A DNA stretch of 64,000 nt from Podarcis cretensis (Eukaryota): assembly GCA_951804945.1 (NCBI GenBank), contig OX638159.1:49724001-49788000 (forward strand). Reading direction: 5' to 3'. The notes beneath the pieces are model-generated. The model saw only the letters and a program-made list of their open reading frames with translations, made no database searches and was not told the origin of the DNA. The translations under genes were made by a program, and so were the position numbers. Positions 36,221 to 49,750 of the stretch are shown piece after piece (the first letter of the stretch is position 1; the number at the start of each line of letters is the position of its first letter).

Positions 36221-37026
36221 ACAAGACACTGGAGGATGGTGACTGGGGCCTTGGTCCTCTTTCCTCACTGGGTGTCCTCGTTATCGGGGTCTTCTATAAA
36301 TGACCAAAAATAAATAGTCCTATACACTCTCTACCTATAATGTAATGACTTTATAATCAGGTGAGAACATGTAATTGCAGTGATGGTGGATAGTTGATAT
36401 AATTAGCTCTTCTGTGGTTTGTTGCACATGTTTTATCAATACTTGAATTCTTCAGTGCTTTTAGTCAATCTTGCTAATTGATACTTGAGGAATAACTTTG
36501 ATTCTGCTTACTTAATGGTAGATTAAATATATATAGGTTAGAACTGAGTGGGTATTTTTGAAGGAAATCCAGCACAACTTGTTTGTAGCTAGAAAGTAGT
36601 CCATGCATGCGTTGGATTTTGCTTGTATAAGTTGTATGTGTGCGTCTGAAGCATACAGCCTGTTAGGAGATTAAACTACAGGCCTGCACCAAGCAGGAGA
36701 TTGGACTAGATGACCTACAAAGCCATTCTCGACTGTTGTGATCCTATGAGACTGTGTGGCCAATGCATCTTTCCAAGTTGAGATACTGCATCTATTGACT
36801 CGGCAGTTATTAGCAAACACAGTGCACCTGTGGGGTTTCACTTTGTCCTGTGTGGCTTCAGACTGCCCCTCAATCTGAGCAGTTTGCCTTCTGCACCAGA
36901 GCCTGTGCTGGAATCCAGTTCCCATCAGCCCTATAAAGCATCAAGCCAATGGTCAGATATGATGGGAGTTGTAGTCCAACATTATCTGGAGTGCCATAGA
37001 TTCCCTATCATTACTTACTGCTAGTA

Positions 37027-37357
37027 CAGGGGTCTGCAATCCGCGGCTCCGGAGCCGCATGTGGCTCTTTTACACCTTTGCCGTGGCTCCGGGGCGGATA
37101 CTAGCGAGGGGAGGAGGCGCATTGTGCGCCCCGACACTCCCCACTGTGGCGGGCACTGTACTGGCTGTGACGTCGCATGGGGGCAGTGCGTGCGTTAGTC
37201 ACGCACCGTCCCGACGTCACCTTCCTGCCCGCTGTCAGATCGCGGCTCCGGAGATATATTTGTTTTAAATGTCGCAATGGTTTTGCGGCTCCCAGTTTTT
37301 TCCCCTTCGGAAACGGGTCCAAGTGGCTCTTTTTGTCTTAAAGGTTGCAGACCCCTG
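37027..37357. mobile_element. Young hAT-Charlie MITE
   Basis: TIR CAGGGGTCTGCAA; perfect 8-bp TSD TGCTAGTA (37019-37026, 37358-37365); CpG-rich. Confidence 0.93.
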
Positions 37358-38704
37358 TGCTAGTAGAAGGCCTGTAAATTCCTTCTGGTCCATGAGCACA
37401 TCATTTGCTTCCTCTTTGCCTCCATGCCTTGCCTTGTCTGCCTCTTTGTTGATGAGCAGCTTTCTGCTTGCCCAACTCAGCTGTGGCCATTGCTGCAGAC
37501 TGACTGTCCTGATTAGTGATTCTGCCAATGCAGAGACTCACTTAATCAAAGTATAAATTATGAAGCCAATTTTCGTTAATTAATTTGACAGGTCTTTTCC
37601 ACGTGTAGCCATTTTAGGTTTTAGGTTCAGCACAGATAAGATTTCAGTTGTGATCTTTGTTTTAAGGTTTAAAGTGTCTGGCGAAAGCAGACAGGTTTTC
37701 TCACACAATCTAAAATACTTTTCTTACCATGTCACACATTTTTGAAGATGTTCCAGTTCTCTTGATTTAGATCTGGTGAAGTTTTAGCAACTTAATTTCT
37801 GTAACTCAATCATTCTACAGAATGACGGGATTTGTTATCACTGATCTTAGTTATTCAGATTAAAGCAGCCTTCCCCAGCCTGGTGCCTGTCAGACTACAA
37901 GTGCCATCAGCCCCTGCCAAGTGCTATGTTTTCCAAAACATCTGGAAGGAACCAAGTTGGACAGTGCTGGATTAAAGGAGAAGGTTGTAGCATTACAATC
38001 TAGGAATGCCTAGTTCACAGTGCCCAAGAAAGAGTACACAACTACCTTTTAGTCATTGAAATTAATGAGCATGACTAAGTTATGTCCATTAATTTCAGAG
38101 GGTCTACTCTGAGTAAATCGTAGCTGAATACCACCCTAAGTCTTAAGAATCACAGCACCCCTCCTTTCCTGCACATTATTAAACATCATGGGTATGATCC
38201 AGCCAAAGTGAAGTATTTTTAAATGCTTTCCAGGAAATATCCTAACATATACTTATAATGGTATTTTAAAATGCTTAACTTTAATTGGATTGCCCCCTAA
38301 CTATGTATTGTTAAATGTTCCAACTATTTAAGTCTTTCCTCCAATAAATAAAAAATATGCCATTGCATGAAATATTTAAAATGTGGATGGTGAAATTGAT
38401 ATTTAAAACCTCTACAAACATTATGTCAATGAAAAGGCTGACAATAATAGGCCATTGCGGGTGGTATTTTCAAATAGGCCTAGCAGAATTAGCAGCTGGG
38501 CTTCTGCAGAGTGGCAGTGAAATTGGTTGCTATATTTTCCTTTGAAACCCCTAGCCTTGTTGCTGGACGTTATATCCAAGATTTTGAAAAGCAACTGGAG
38601 GACATTTTATGTCCTTATCTCCAGCTGTACATAAATTTGACAGTCTGTTTCCAGTAGTTTGAGGAATAGTTTCTTATCTTGTGTTTTCCATTTCTTTTCA
38701 CCAG

Positions 38705-38827
38705 TTGTGATCATGTGTGCCAGCAGTGACGCAATAAGGAACATCATGTTGGCTGCACATCGGCAAGGAATGACCAATGGAGACTATGCTTTCTTCAGTA
38801 TTGAACTTTTCAACAGTTCATCATATG
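38705..38827 (+). CDS. NPR3: NPR3 exon 2 (123 nt, phase 1/1)
   Basis: ccAG|TT GTG ATC ATG...TAT G|GTaatg encodes [41 protein letters not shown]. Confidence 0.97.
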
Positions 38828-39039
38828 GTAATGTGGTTTCTTTCCTCTGGTGGGTTCAAGGCTTTTATAAACAAAGCAACATTTTAAAGATCACTTTAGT
38901 CTTTAAGTTTGTAAGTCTTAAAATATGCCACATAGCATTGTCTCTTCTAACACTTATTAGTATCCACTTGGATTATGAAATTAGAAAGGGGGGGCAAGGT
39001 TTTAAAAGTTCAGTGTATAAAGAGAAATTGGTGACACAA

Positions 39040-39397
39040 AAAAGAGCTAAGACTGGGAGGAGATATGATAGCCATCTTCAAATATCTCAAGGGCTGTGAT
39101 GTGGAAGATGAAGCAAGCTTGTTTTCTCCTGCTCCAGAGGTTAGGACCCAAACCAATGAATTCAAGTTACAAGAAAGGAGATTCCCACTAATCACCAGGA
39201 GGAATTTTCTGTTGAACTTTCTGTTCAACAGTGGAATGGACTCTCTTGAAAGGCAATGGACTCTTTCATTGGAGGTTTTTAAGCAGAGGTTGGATGGTCA
39301 TCTGTCATGGATGCTTTAGTTGAGATTCCTGCATTGCAAGGGTTGGATTAGATGGTCTTTGGGTACCTTCCAACTCTACAATTCTATGATTCTATGA
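39040..39397 (+). mobile_element. CR1 LINE 3' end
   Basis: [11 protein letters not shown]...LEVFKQRLDGHL and tail ATTCTATGATTCTATGA. Confidence 0.88.
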
Positions 39398-40598
39398 AAT
39401 GTATGAAAAACTGATACCCTTTATTTATTTTTTAATTTGTTTTCCCCTCTGCCCTCAAGGAGTTCAGAGCTGGATTTGTGTCCTGTGAGATAGCTTATGT
39501 TGAGAGACAGTAACTTGTCTGAAGCCACCAGTATGTTTCATATGCCAAGCCAGTGTCACTTTGAACATGTGTCCCCATCAGACAACCACATTATCACATA
39601 GGAAGTTTGATCCATACATGTTGCTGCAGCTTCTGGCTGCTCAGGCAAGATAATGAGCATGGGGTTGATCTTCATGACCTCAAAGATTACTTCCCATTCT
39701 ACGAGTCTGTGATTTCAAAGGCCTGGCTTGTTCTGGAGCTGTTTAACCATAGTTTTCCATTTCAAATAAGGAAACTATGGTTAGCTGAATGTGTCCTGGT
39801 TTGTTTGCTGATTTACACTGAGGGGCTCATTCATTTCTCAACTGATTAATCAAAGGTAAACTCATCCAAACATCCTCATAGAATCCTACTAGACTGGAGG
39901 TAGAGGAATGATGTGGATTATTGGCTCAGTTCATTACCAAGCAGCAAAGCCTCAAGGTGGCTTATATTATAAGAACAACAAGAAATATTTTTTTTTAAGA
40001 CACAATCATCCAAATAGCTAAATATAACCACCACAATAAGCAGACACACTCCCCACCCACCTCACCCCTCTAGACATATTTTTCTTTTCTCTTTTCCGCT
40101 CTTAAATTCTTTTTGATTCTTTTTTTCTTATTCATTAGTGTAAATTTCCAGTTGTAAAAATTAGGTTTCCAGGGAGATTAGAGCAGTTGTGTTGTGGCAC
40201 TCTGTTGTCTGTATTGCCAGTGCACAATGTTATTGCTGAAAAAATGAAATTAAAAACAAGCATATCTCTTGGGACCCCCCCCCCCCAAAAAAGGAAAATG
40301 TTTCTTTGTTTCCCTTTCTTAGGTCCCAAGAGCTATGCTTGTTTTCATTTCATTTTTGTCCTGAACTTCCTGTAAAGAATGTCAGACTTTTGCCACACAT
40401 CTCACCCTCGAAAACAGCATGCTTCCTTTTTCTTTAGTACAGTGTGTGGCCTTTTGTTTAAAAAAAACTGCATTAATGAATCATGCAGGGTACAATCCAT
40501 CCACATTTCATTTCAATGGGAAATATTTGATAATGTGTTTGATGCTCTCATAGGTAATAAGTGTGATTTAAAAGTGTTTAAGTTTGGTGGATTGTGCG

Positions 40599-41003
40599 TG
40601 TCAGGGAACTGACATCAGAGCGAAAAGCGGAGGCAGGGCTCCAGAGCGATGCCGGAGAGGGAACCAGTCGGGGGGAAGGAATTCAGTGTGACACCAATAG
40701 AGAGGAGATGGAGGAATCGGTGTCAGGGCTCCAAAACCCTTCAACCGAAACCAGCGGAGAGAGCGCTGGCACGCCCTTGCCATCCCCTTACTTGCGCAGA
40801 CGCGTTCCGCGCAGAGAACATAGGCGGAGACTTGGGGTCAAGCAGCTTTTATGCTGGAAGAGATTCAAGAAACGCCCACTGGCAGATTCTGCAAGTGACT
40901 AACAGGTCACGGAGGGCGAGCTCTAACCCTAAACATGTTTGAGCAAACCATCTAATTGGAGTGGAGGCAGTTTACGCACGAGTAACCACACTATACCATT
41001 ACA
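40599..41003 (+). mobile_element. Solo LTR (Gypsy-like), 405 bp
   Basis: TGTCAGG...CCATTACA ends; perfect 5-bp TSD GTGCG at 40594-40598 and 41004-41008; CpG-rich. Strand is assigned only from the open frame. Confidence 0.8.
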
Positions 41004-41147
41004 GTGCGCCTTTGTTAGCAGGGCAACATCCTTTAAATCTCTGGCTACCCCCAGCAACACATGGGGAATACAGCAGGAGGAAAGGGGGAAAACGAGCTCT
41101 TTATGGTAACTGGCTTGGAATTGTAAATATTTTTATTTCTCCCTTAG

Positions 41148-41314
41148 GTAATGGCTCATGGAAGAGAGGAGACAAATACGACCTTGAAGCAAAGCAGGCG
41201 TACTCATCCCTCCAGACAGTCACACTACTGAGGACAGTGAAACCTGAATTTGAGAAGTTTGCCATGGAGGTGAAAAGTTCTGTACAGAAACAAGGAATCC
41301 ATGATGATGATTAC
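41148..41314 (+). CDS. NPR3: NPR3 exon 3 (167 nt, phase 1/0)
   Basis: ccttAG|GT AAT GGC...TAC|GTaagt encodes [56 protein letters not shown]. Confidence 0.97.
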
Positions 41315-43304
41315 GTAAGTGCCCGATTATGAGGCTAGAGCTTTTGGCATCATAAAAACACCCTCCTAATTAAATCAGAGGTGACAAAGTGGCCTTTTCT
41401 GAATTGGACCAAATTGTCGGAGTGTTCAGCTACTTTTTCAGAACACTTTTCCTGGTAGCCTTAAAAAAAGCAACCCCACTTGCAAGTGAAAATTGCTCTT
41501 TCTGTTTGTTCACAGTCATCTGGAACAGAGTTCCTTTCATCTTCATCTGTCTTGCTCATCATGAGGCTTTTAAGGGATGATGTGGTGAAGAAACTGGTTC
41601 TGTAATCCTTACTGTTTTTCTTTGTCAGGACTTCCTTAGTTTTCCATTTCGCTCCATGTTTCCCTGAGTTATCTCAAAAGCCATTCCAGCAGAGAATCAA
41701 GTTATCCTCTAGTTCCTTGTCCTGTCCTCACCTTATCAAATAATTTATTGCAGTCTAATCAACAAACCGCATTCTTTCCCACTTGTGTTGATGGAAGATA
41801 CTGGGGAACATAAACCATGCCATGAATCCTTTCCTCCACTTGAGACCTTTTCTCACTCCTTTCTCTGTAGTTGTAGCTGGTTTCTATTGCAAAGTACCTG
41901 AATGAACTTTATCTGCTCTCTTGACTTGAACAGGCTCTCAGACCAAATTTGAGAAGTCTTGTTTTGCCATTGTAACTTTTTTCTTCCTGATGATCTCTGC
42001 ATCTCTTCCTCTCACTCTCTTTATATTAGTTAAGGTGCATTTTAGATCCATTTATGTCTGCTCATGCAAAGGTACACTGGGAAAATGTGGAACCTATCAA
42101 AAGTGAAGGGGGAGGAACAAGGTTTCTCAGATGCAGCTTGTGAGATTTGCATTTTACTTCCTTAATTGTGTTACAGAAACATCTTCCAGTTTATCAAAAT
42201 ATCCTGAAAAGAGCTCTTTTGCACTCACAACTATTCTGAACCCAGAAATATCAGCATTGGAGTATCTAATACTGCAGTCATGGTCTTGGATCCAGACACA
42301 CAGTTAGTGATGCATCAGGGGAGGACATAACAGAGGAGGTTTATACTGTAAACCGCCCTGTGATCCTTGGATAAAGGGTGGTATATAAATTTAATTAACT
42401 AAATAATAATAACAAACCCAAGGAAGACCCTATATCTGGAACATTTCAAGAAGCAGCCACTGAGGCAGTTCTTCTGGTGGAGACTTCCTGAGATGAAGAG
42501 AAGGCACAGCAGTCTGTCCCTAATCCCCAGGGACTTTGCTTCTTTTATCCTCTGGCTCCCAATCATGGTTTCTTGCCTGTATCACTTGATACCAAAGACT
42601 CCACCCCAGAACTTATCTCAGCTCTTTGCATTCTGCTGCAATCACACACACACACACACACACCCCAGCATGCCAGTCCCTGAGGCAGCAGAAAACACCA
42701 CTTCAGTCAAAGGCACAAAGCATCTCTTTGAGTACTGATTTCCTCCAGGGATGTGGGGCCTATGGCACAGACCGCCCTGCCTAGTTATATTTGCCCTCAT
42801 GAGAGTTCAGGTCAGTACTGGGGTAATATACTGGATTGCCCGTCCTTGGCACTGATCATTTGTCTTCGCTTGGCTCCAGCTCCCACAATCGCTGTCCCAG
42901 GTTCTGACACCAAACTTTTATTCTCTTTTATTCATTTATTTTATTCCATTTATGAGTCATTTATTTTTTAAAAAAAAATCTCTAGGCAATTATGCTTGCC
43001 CGCTTGGCTCTGCGGCCCACCTGTGGCTACTGCTGTAAGTACTTTCCTGGCTATCCTGCCTGCTGCTATGGCGTAGCTCCTCTGCAGCTTCAGTTATGAA
43101 CAGTGCTTGAGCAAAAAAATGTTGTTCTCCATCCATGGGTGAGGCCTATCTTTACAGGAGATGAATAATGATTAGGTTCCTAGAGTGTAAGTAACAGCTG
43201 TTTGTAGATTAAGAGGAAGATAATTCCAGGTTAAAGATTAAAAATGGTCAGTCCAAAACAATTAGCAGTAACATCCGTTGTCGCTGTTTTCTGCTTATAA
43301 ATTA

Positions 43305-43619
43305 CAGTGGTGCCTCGCAAGACGAAAAGAATCCGTTCCACGAGTCTCTTTGTCTTGCGGTTTTTCGTCTTGCGAAGCAAACCTATTAGCGGATTAGCGC
43401 TATTAGCGTCTTAGCGGCTATTAGCGGCTAAGCGGCTATTAGCGGCTTAGAAAAAGGGAGAAAAAAGCGGAAAAAAATCGCAAGACTCGCAAGACGTTTT
43501 CGTCTTGCGAAGCAAGCCCATAGGGAAATTCGTCTTGCGAAGCGCCTCGAAAAACGGAAAACCCCTTCGTCTAGCGGGTTTTTCGTCTTGCAAGGCATTC
43601 GTCTTGCGGGGCACCACTG
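43305..43619. mobile_element. Tigger-like MITE, family A
   Basis: TA flanks, TIRs, internal TTAGCGG-type repeats. Confidence 0.88.
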
Positions 43620-45409
43620 TATAACTTTGTTGCAATTTTCCTTAACATTAAAAGTAAAATGAAATGAAATGTATACTGTTTGGGTGGCATCCAATTGGTG
43701 CCCCTCTGCTAGCGGAATGCATTCAGAGTGGAAAAAGGAGGGAAGGAATTTTCTGCTTTGCCCCTGCAGTCCCTTAAAATCTGCCCCCTAAGACCCCCAG
43801 GGTGGATTATGGGGGGGGGGAGGAAATAGCACAAAATTGCCGCCCTCTCTGTCCACATCCAGATGCCTTCTGTCAGCACAGGGCACCAGTTAGATACTAC
43901 CCTTTTCTGTAGGGGAGAAATTACTTCCTGAAAACTCCTGAAGTGTTTTATCTTGTGAAGATTTTAGGCATGGAACATAATGAAACATAACAATAGGGAC
44001 ACATGTAAAGTTTTTAAATAAACCCTTTAAGAAATGCCAAGTTCCTTGATAAATATTCCATTGTATGTCAGTGAATGAAGTGTTCTTAGATGTTCCAGAG
44101 ACACTTTCGGCAAGTGATTTCAAGTATTCCGTGTTAAATCCAGGCAGCTGCCCATTGGTATTAGTGCAAGACTTTTCCACTACAGCAATTTCCATTCTCT
44201 ACACTGGCTTTATATTGCAGCTCCTGAATGCAGCATTTGACAGGCAGGGTGTCAGAGGATTTTGTTTTTGTTGTTTTTTAAAAAAAACACCCCACCAGAG
44301 TTTTGCCTGTTCGGAGGCACTGAACTGTAATCTCGGCTGTTTCACCTTCTTTTTCCCCATGAGAACACCCTCTATGGAGCTCTGTTAGGAATAAAAGTTC
44401 TGTGTCAGATGTGGCACAGCCCTCATTGAAAGTCTACCAACTCCTTGTAGTTGTAGATAGTGGAAGCAATCATTTGGAACTAAAATCCGTTTTGTATGTC
44501 CCTCCACAAAAGGTTAATGGGACACAGTACATCTAGTAATTTCTAATGCCCCCCAATGCAAATCATTTTAAGCAGCAGACCTTTAAATCTGTTTTATACA
44601 GATTTGGGTTTAAAGCTCCACTGTAATTAAACTTCTTAGGACTTGTGAAGGTTTCTTTTCTTTTTTGAACCGGGGGGGGGGGGGGGGAGCTTCTGCCCCG
44701 CCCCACCGCCCAGGCCGGGAGCCATACAGAACATGGCCTGTGTGAGAGCATGATAGGCCATTCAGGAGAGGTGTATAATGCTATATTTTGCTAAGATGTC
44801 TGAAAATGTTGCTTTGAATGGTAGCTGTCCTCCTAGCATTTAATGCCAAACTGCTACAAGTGTTAGCAACCTCAGTATGGTGTCACATTGACATCATACA
44901 TTCAATGCAAACATGGTTTACCCTAAAATAATTGTGCAAACCATAGTCCCCTCCCAAACAACAAACCCCAGCTCCCTAAACAAACTACAGTTCACAGGAA
45001 TATTTGGGGGGAAGTCAATGTGCTTTAAGAAAATGTTGTGAGCATGACCTAAGAGAACATAGGAGTTCAGTCATAGCATTGAAAAGGGAGAGGAGACAGG
45101 GAAGTTGCACTTTGGAGTTCCACAAGTAATAAACCTAATTTAAGGCCATCTACATACCTCCCAAGAACTGTACTGGAAATTTATATTAGGATGTTCGCAT
45201 TGAAATATGAATAACAATATACCATAGCAGCATTAGGGTCCCAGGGTAGAGATGGCTGGATCAGTCTACTTCTTAGTCTGTTTTCATTGCACATGTGTTA
45301 GTTATTGAATCCATCCTGTACTTTACATTGCATTAGTGAATTTTTGAAACTAAAAAGCACACTAAAGTTTGTGTTTAAACACGAGCATCATATTCAACAT
45401 ACTTGCATA

Positions 45410-45637
45410 CAGTGGCACCTCAGGTTAAGTACTTAATTTGTTCCGGAGGTCCGTTCTTAACCTGAAACTGTTCTTAACCTTAACTTAAGCAGCACTTTAG
45501 CTCATGGGGCCTCCTGCTGCCACCGCGCCGCCGGAGCACAATTTCTGTTCTCATCCTGAGGTACTATTTCTAGGTTAGCGGAGTCTGTAACCTGAAGCGT
45601 ATGTAACCTGAAGCGTATGTAACTCGAGGTACCACTG
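45410..45637. mobile_element. Tigger-like MITE, family B
   Basis: TA flanks, TIRs, homology to 30525. Confidence 0.85.
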
Positions 45638-46877
45638 TATTTGAAAAGTGGTTGAAGAGCTGTCTTTAACATTTTAATCCCTTTTCAAAAAACAGTCAAA
45701 GTAACCACTCCAAGCATATCTGCCTCCACAACTGTGTACTGTTGCAGTTAACCATCTTCCCCCACACCTGATCACAGGGATCTTGTCAGTTCCATTTCAA
45801 ACACAGTCTTGGTGGCAGAAATGCTTTGTTCTGATTCATGAGTTAGTCTGGGAGGAGCACGCCAGGCCAATTTGGGGGGAAGATTTTGGTTCCTCCTTGG
45901 TTCATATCCAACAGATGCAGCCAATTTCAGTGAAATGTACTTGTTGCAAGTAAGTGTGCTTAGGATCTCTGTTAGTTTAATCTGTCCGGAATACTGAATT
46001 CCAAGAAAGTCCAAGGATGCCTTCCTGAGGAGAGTAGTAGAGCTTTCTAATTAGAAGTCAGTCTTCCTCAGTTACAGCCAGTTGGCCAATATATTATTGT
46101 TAGTCTCTCATCAAACTGGAATTTCCTGTGCGAGCAAATCTTAACACTGAACAGGTAACAATGTTTCCCTCAACTGTACTTCTTTCAGAAACACTGTGTT
46201 AGTACAAAGCAACTGTAAGGTAGACCGCACCTGCAAATGTAGTTGGTAACCTGTTTCCAGGGTCCTTAAAGTGATACAGATATCCTCTCGCATTGTCTTG
46301 CCAGTCTATTAACAAGGCAGTAAATCAGTATGGAGTAATATTAATGTAAAATTGAATTATTTAAACATGTGTTGTAGGATTTATTTTTTAAGCATAGCTT
46401 TTTAAAAAGTAAAACTGAACAGGCCCTGAATTGGTGCCTGATGGGGAAACCCCCAAAATATTAACTATAGACAGTATTCTCACCCGAAACACCCGGCTTT
46501 GTCAGGGCCCTTTAATATTAGGTGACTATGTGATTTCAAGTGCCTCACAATAAATAAGCACACTTGTGTTTGATTTCCCATTCTGAAAACAGCATAACAG
46601 GAAAAATTGTCAATGAAAGCTGCTGTATTGTTCATAATTGTGTGTATGTTATCTCAAGTCCTGCTAACAAAAGAATAAAGAGTTGATTTACAGTTTTTCA
46701 TTCTGCCTTGGTGCAAAAGAATACAACCTCGGCCTTGAATAGGAACTCTGCTCAGAAGGACAGAGAGTTGTTAACAGTTCTCAAGGGCCATCTGCAGTCT
46801 TTTAAGCAACACAGTGGAAAAAGCAGTATGTTCTCTTAAATCACACAGTAAAATGTAACCTCAAACTACTGCTACTA

Positions 46878-47443
46878 CAGCCTAGAACCCTCATATCTAC
46901 GGGACCGCCTCTCCCGGTATGCCCCACAGAGGACCTTAAGGTCCATAAATAGTAACACCCTAGAGGTCCCGGGCCCTAAGGAAGTCGGATTAGCCTCAAC
47001 CAGAGCCAGGGCCTTTTCAACACTGGCTCCGGCCTGGTGGAACGCTCTGTCTCATGAGACCAGGGCCCTGCAGGATCTGATTTCTTTCCGCAGGGCCTGT
47101 AAGACAGAATTGTTCCGCCTGGCCTTTGGCTTGGAATCAAATTGATCCCCTCCCCCTCTTCCTTTATCCTTTCTCCTTCTGTGATGGAATTCCTATTTGG
47201 GGACTTCCCTGGCTTTTTTCTGGCTCATGTAGGACCAGTCTAGATAGTTGGCCTTGGTGAAGACTTGATGTTTTCATCCCCAGAAAAGTTCCTACTGAAA
47301 CTCTGAATGTAACCTCAGTAGGCTGCATTTTAATGTTGTATTTTAATCTTGTTTTTAAGTTGTATTTCAATCAATTGTTTTTATACTGGTGTTAGCCGCC
47401 CTGAGCCCGGTCTTGGCTGGGGAGGGCGGGGTATAAATAAAAT

Positions 47444-47484
<41 letters not shown>
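46878..47484 (+). mobile_element. L2 LINE 3' end (second subfamily) with (TAA)n tail
   Basis: Reads PSYLRDRLSRYAPQRTLRS...ARAFSTLAPAWWNAL...FRRACKTELFRLAF, then 3' UTR and tail. Confidence 0.8.
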
Positions 47485-47485
<1 letters not shown>

Positions 47486-49079
47486 GCAAAACATGCAATG
47501 GGGGGACAATTCCAATGGTAGTAAGCTGCCATCATAAATACCGTACATCTTAACTTTGGACTGTATTGACTTAACAAGCCAAACTAGGAGGAAAGATGAA
47601 AGGCAGGCCTCCTGAAACTGTACCGTAATTCAGTTCTTCTGCTGACTCCTGCCTATTCCCATTTACCTGACAGGTGGTAATATAGCCTTTCAAAAATCCC
47701 ATAGAGATAGGAAAAAATGATGTCTTCTGATTCTGATGGAAGTTTCTTAATATATAGTTCCATTATTTTCCTCTTGTGATCCTGGAAATTTACATAAAGC
47801 TACAATTCTAAGCATGCCTACTCAGAAGTAAGTCCCACTGAATTCAGTGAAGCTTACTCCCGGGTATGTGAGGTTATGTTTGCCGCCTAATTCACTAATT
47901 CATTACACTAATTCACTAATTCACTAATGATGCATTACAGGCAGGAGCCAAGTCTAGCCTCACCCACATATTCCTTAGCTGGTGGTAAAATTACAAACTG
48001 TCATTTTATGACTCCAGCTTTAAGCCAAGAGATAGCTATTGTTAAAAGTAAACACCAAAACTACACAAACCTATAGCACAAAAGTTTGTTCCCAAGTTGG
48101 CATGCCCAGCATACTTAAAGCTTACAGAATCTGGCCCCGAGCATATGAAATTTCTTCTCAATAGTCTATTGTTTTGTAGAGGAAGGTGAACAGTATCTTA
48201 AGTAACTGCATAAATCTGGTTCCCTCTAGATTACTGTTACTGAACTTTACATAACAGGGCACCCATAAGAGATTTTAATCCATGGATTAGATAGGGTGTA
48301 TGTATAGAAGCTTCAATAATGCCATGCTCTCTTCAAATATAAGTACCCCACTGTTTCTTTTCTTATCCAAAAGACACTGTACAAGTTTACCAAGGGCAGA
48401 AGCTGGTTCTGTTTTTCCTAGTTAACAGAAACTACAACCTTTTCAGAATCAAATGATAGACATTTGGTTTTGATTTTTGTTTCTTTGAGATGCTGTTGTT
48501 TGTTAGATTTTTACCTATACATTTTCCCTGAAGAAGCCCAGAACTTGACATCACAATGTAAAACAACACAGAATTTAAAACAATGTAAAATACATTTGAA
48601 AAGCACCTCAGAGTCAGGGCTCTTGAACCAGACAGGCAGGGAGTGTTGTCCAAGAAGCTGAGGCTGAATGGTCCCCAAGCCCACGTGAACAACAGTTCCT
48701 TAAATGACAGGTGGAAACCTGCCCCATAAAAAGAAGTGCCATAATTCAGGAAAAGACTCCTTCGGAGGCAAGGTCCTCCCCATGAGGAGACCTCTCTCTG
48801 ATAACAACTGGTAGAATTCAGCAGGACCCTGGTAATGGTTCCAGCTGCTCCAGTTCAAAAGTACCTGGGTAGAAGAGCTGTTTTTCCATCAGCAACACAC
48901 CTGGCCTGAACACCTATCTCTGTGTGGCCAGACTGTCCTTGGCCTGTGCCCTTGCCTTTACTGCTAGCTGTTTGCCCAGTCTCTGGACTGCTTGTGGGCC
49001 TTGTGGACCCTCTCTAGCTGGGACCTGGCCTGAAACAGGAAACACTGGGATACTGATGAATGGTCCAACTGTATTGCCC

Positions 49080-49750
49080 CAGTCACTATCCTGGCAACCA
49101 CATTCTGCACCAGCTGCATCTTTCAGACCATCTTCAAGGGTAGCCCCATGTAGAGTGCATTGAAGCAGTCCAAATGGAAGTGCTGCAGCGAACTAGCCAG
49201 CTGTAGTGGAGCATAAGCATCCCTTGCCACAGAAGCCATTTGGGCCTCTAGTGACAGATTGGTATCAAGGAGACTGCACACCTGCTCCTTCAGATGTGCA
49301 ACCATCCCCAGAGCAGGCTGCCTGCCTAATTCCCTAACATGTGAACTGCCTGCCCACAGCACCTCCCTCTTAATCATTTTCAGCCTTGGTTTATTGGCTC
49401 CCATCCAGCCCACCACCGGCTCCAGCCCCACTTGTCTAGTAGCTGATACAGCCTTTGCTGATTTATATGGCTGGAGAGGTAGAGCTGCATGCCATCAGCA
49501 TACTAATGATATTGTGCTGCAAATCCCCAGATGACAGCTTTCAGTGGTTTCATAGCACAAGGGACGGAATAGACCCCTGAGGAACCTTACAGCCTAACAG
49601 CCATGGGGTTGAGAAAAAGTTTCCAGTGCTGCTCTCTATAGTTAAGAGTGGAACCACTGCAACACACTGCCTCCAGCTCCTCTGAGTAGCTTCAGAAGAA
49701 CATCATGGACAGTTCTGTCAAAAGCCACTTAAAGGGTCCAGATAATCATC
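49080..49750 (-). mobile_element. Degenerate L2 RT fragment
   Basis: WMGANKPRLK...LDTNLSLEAQMASVAR...LDCFNALYMGLPLK. Confidence 0.7.
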
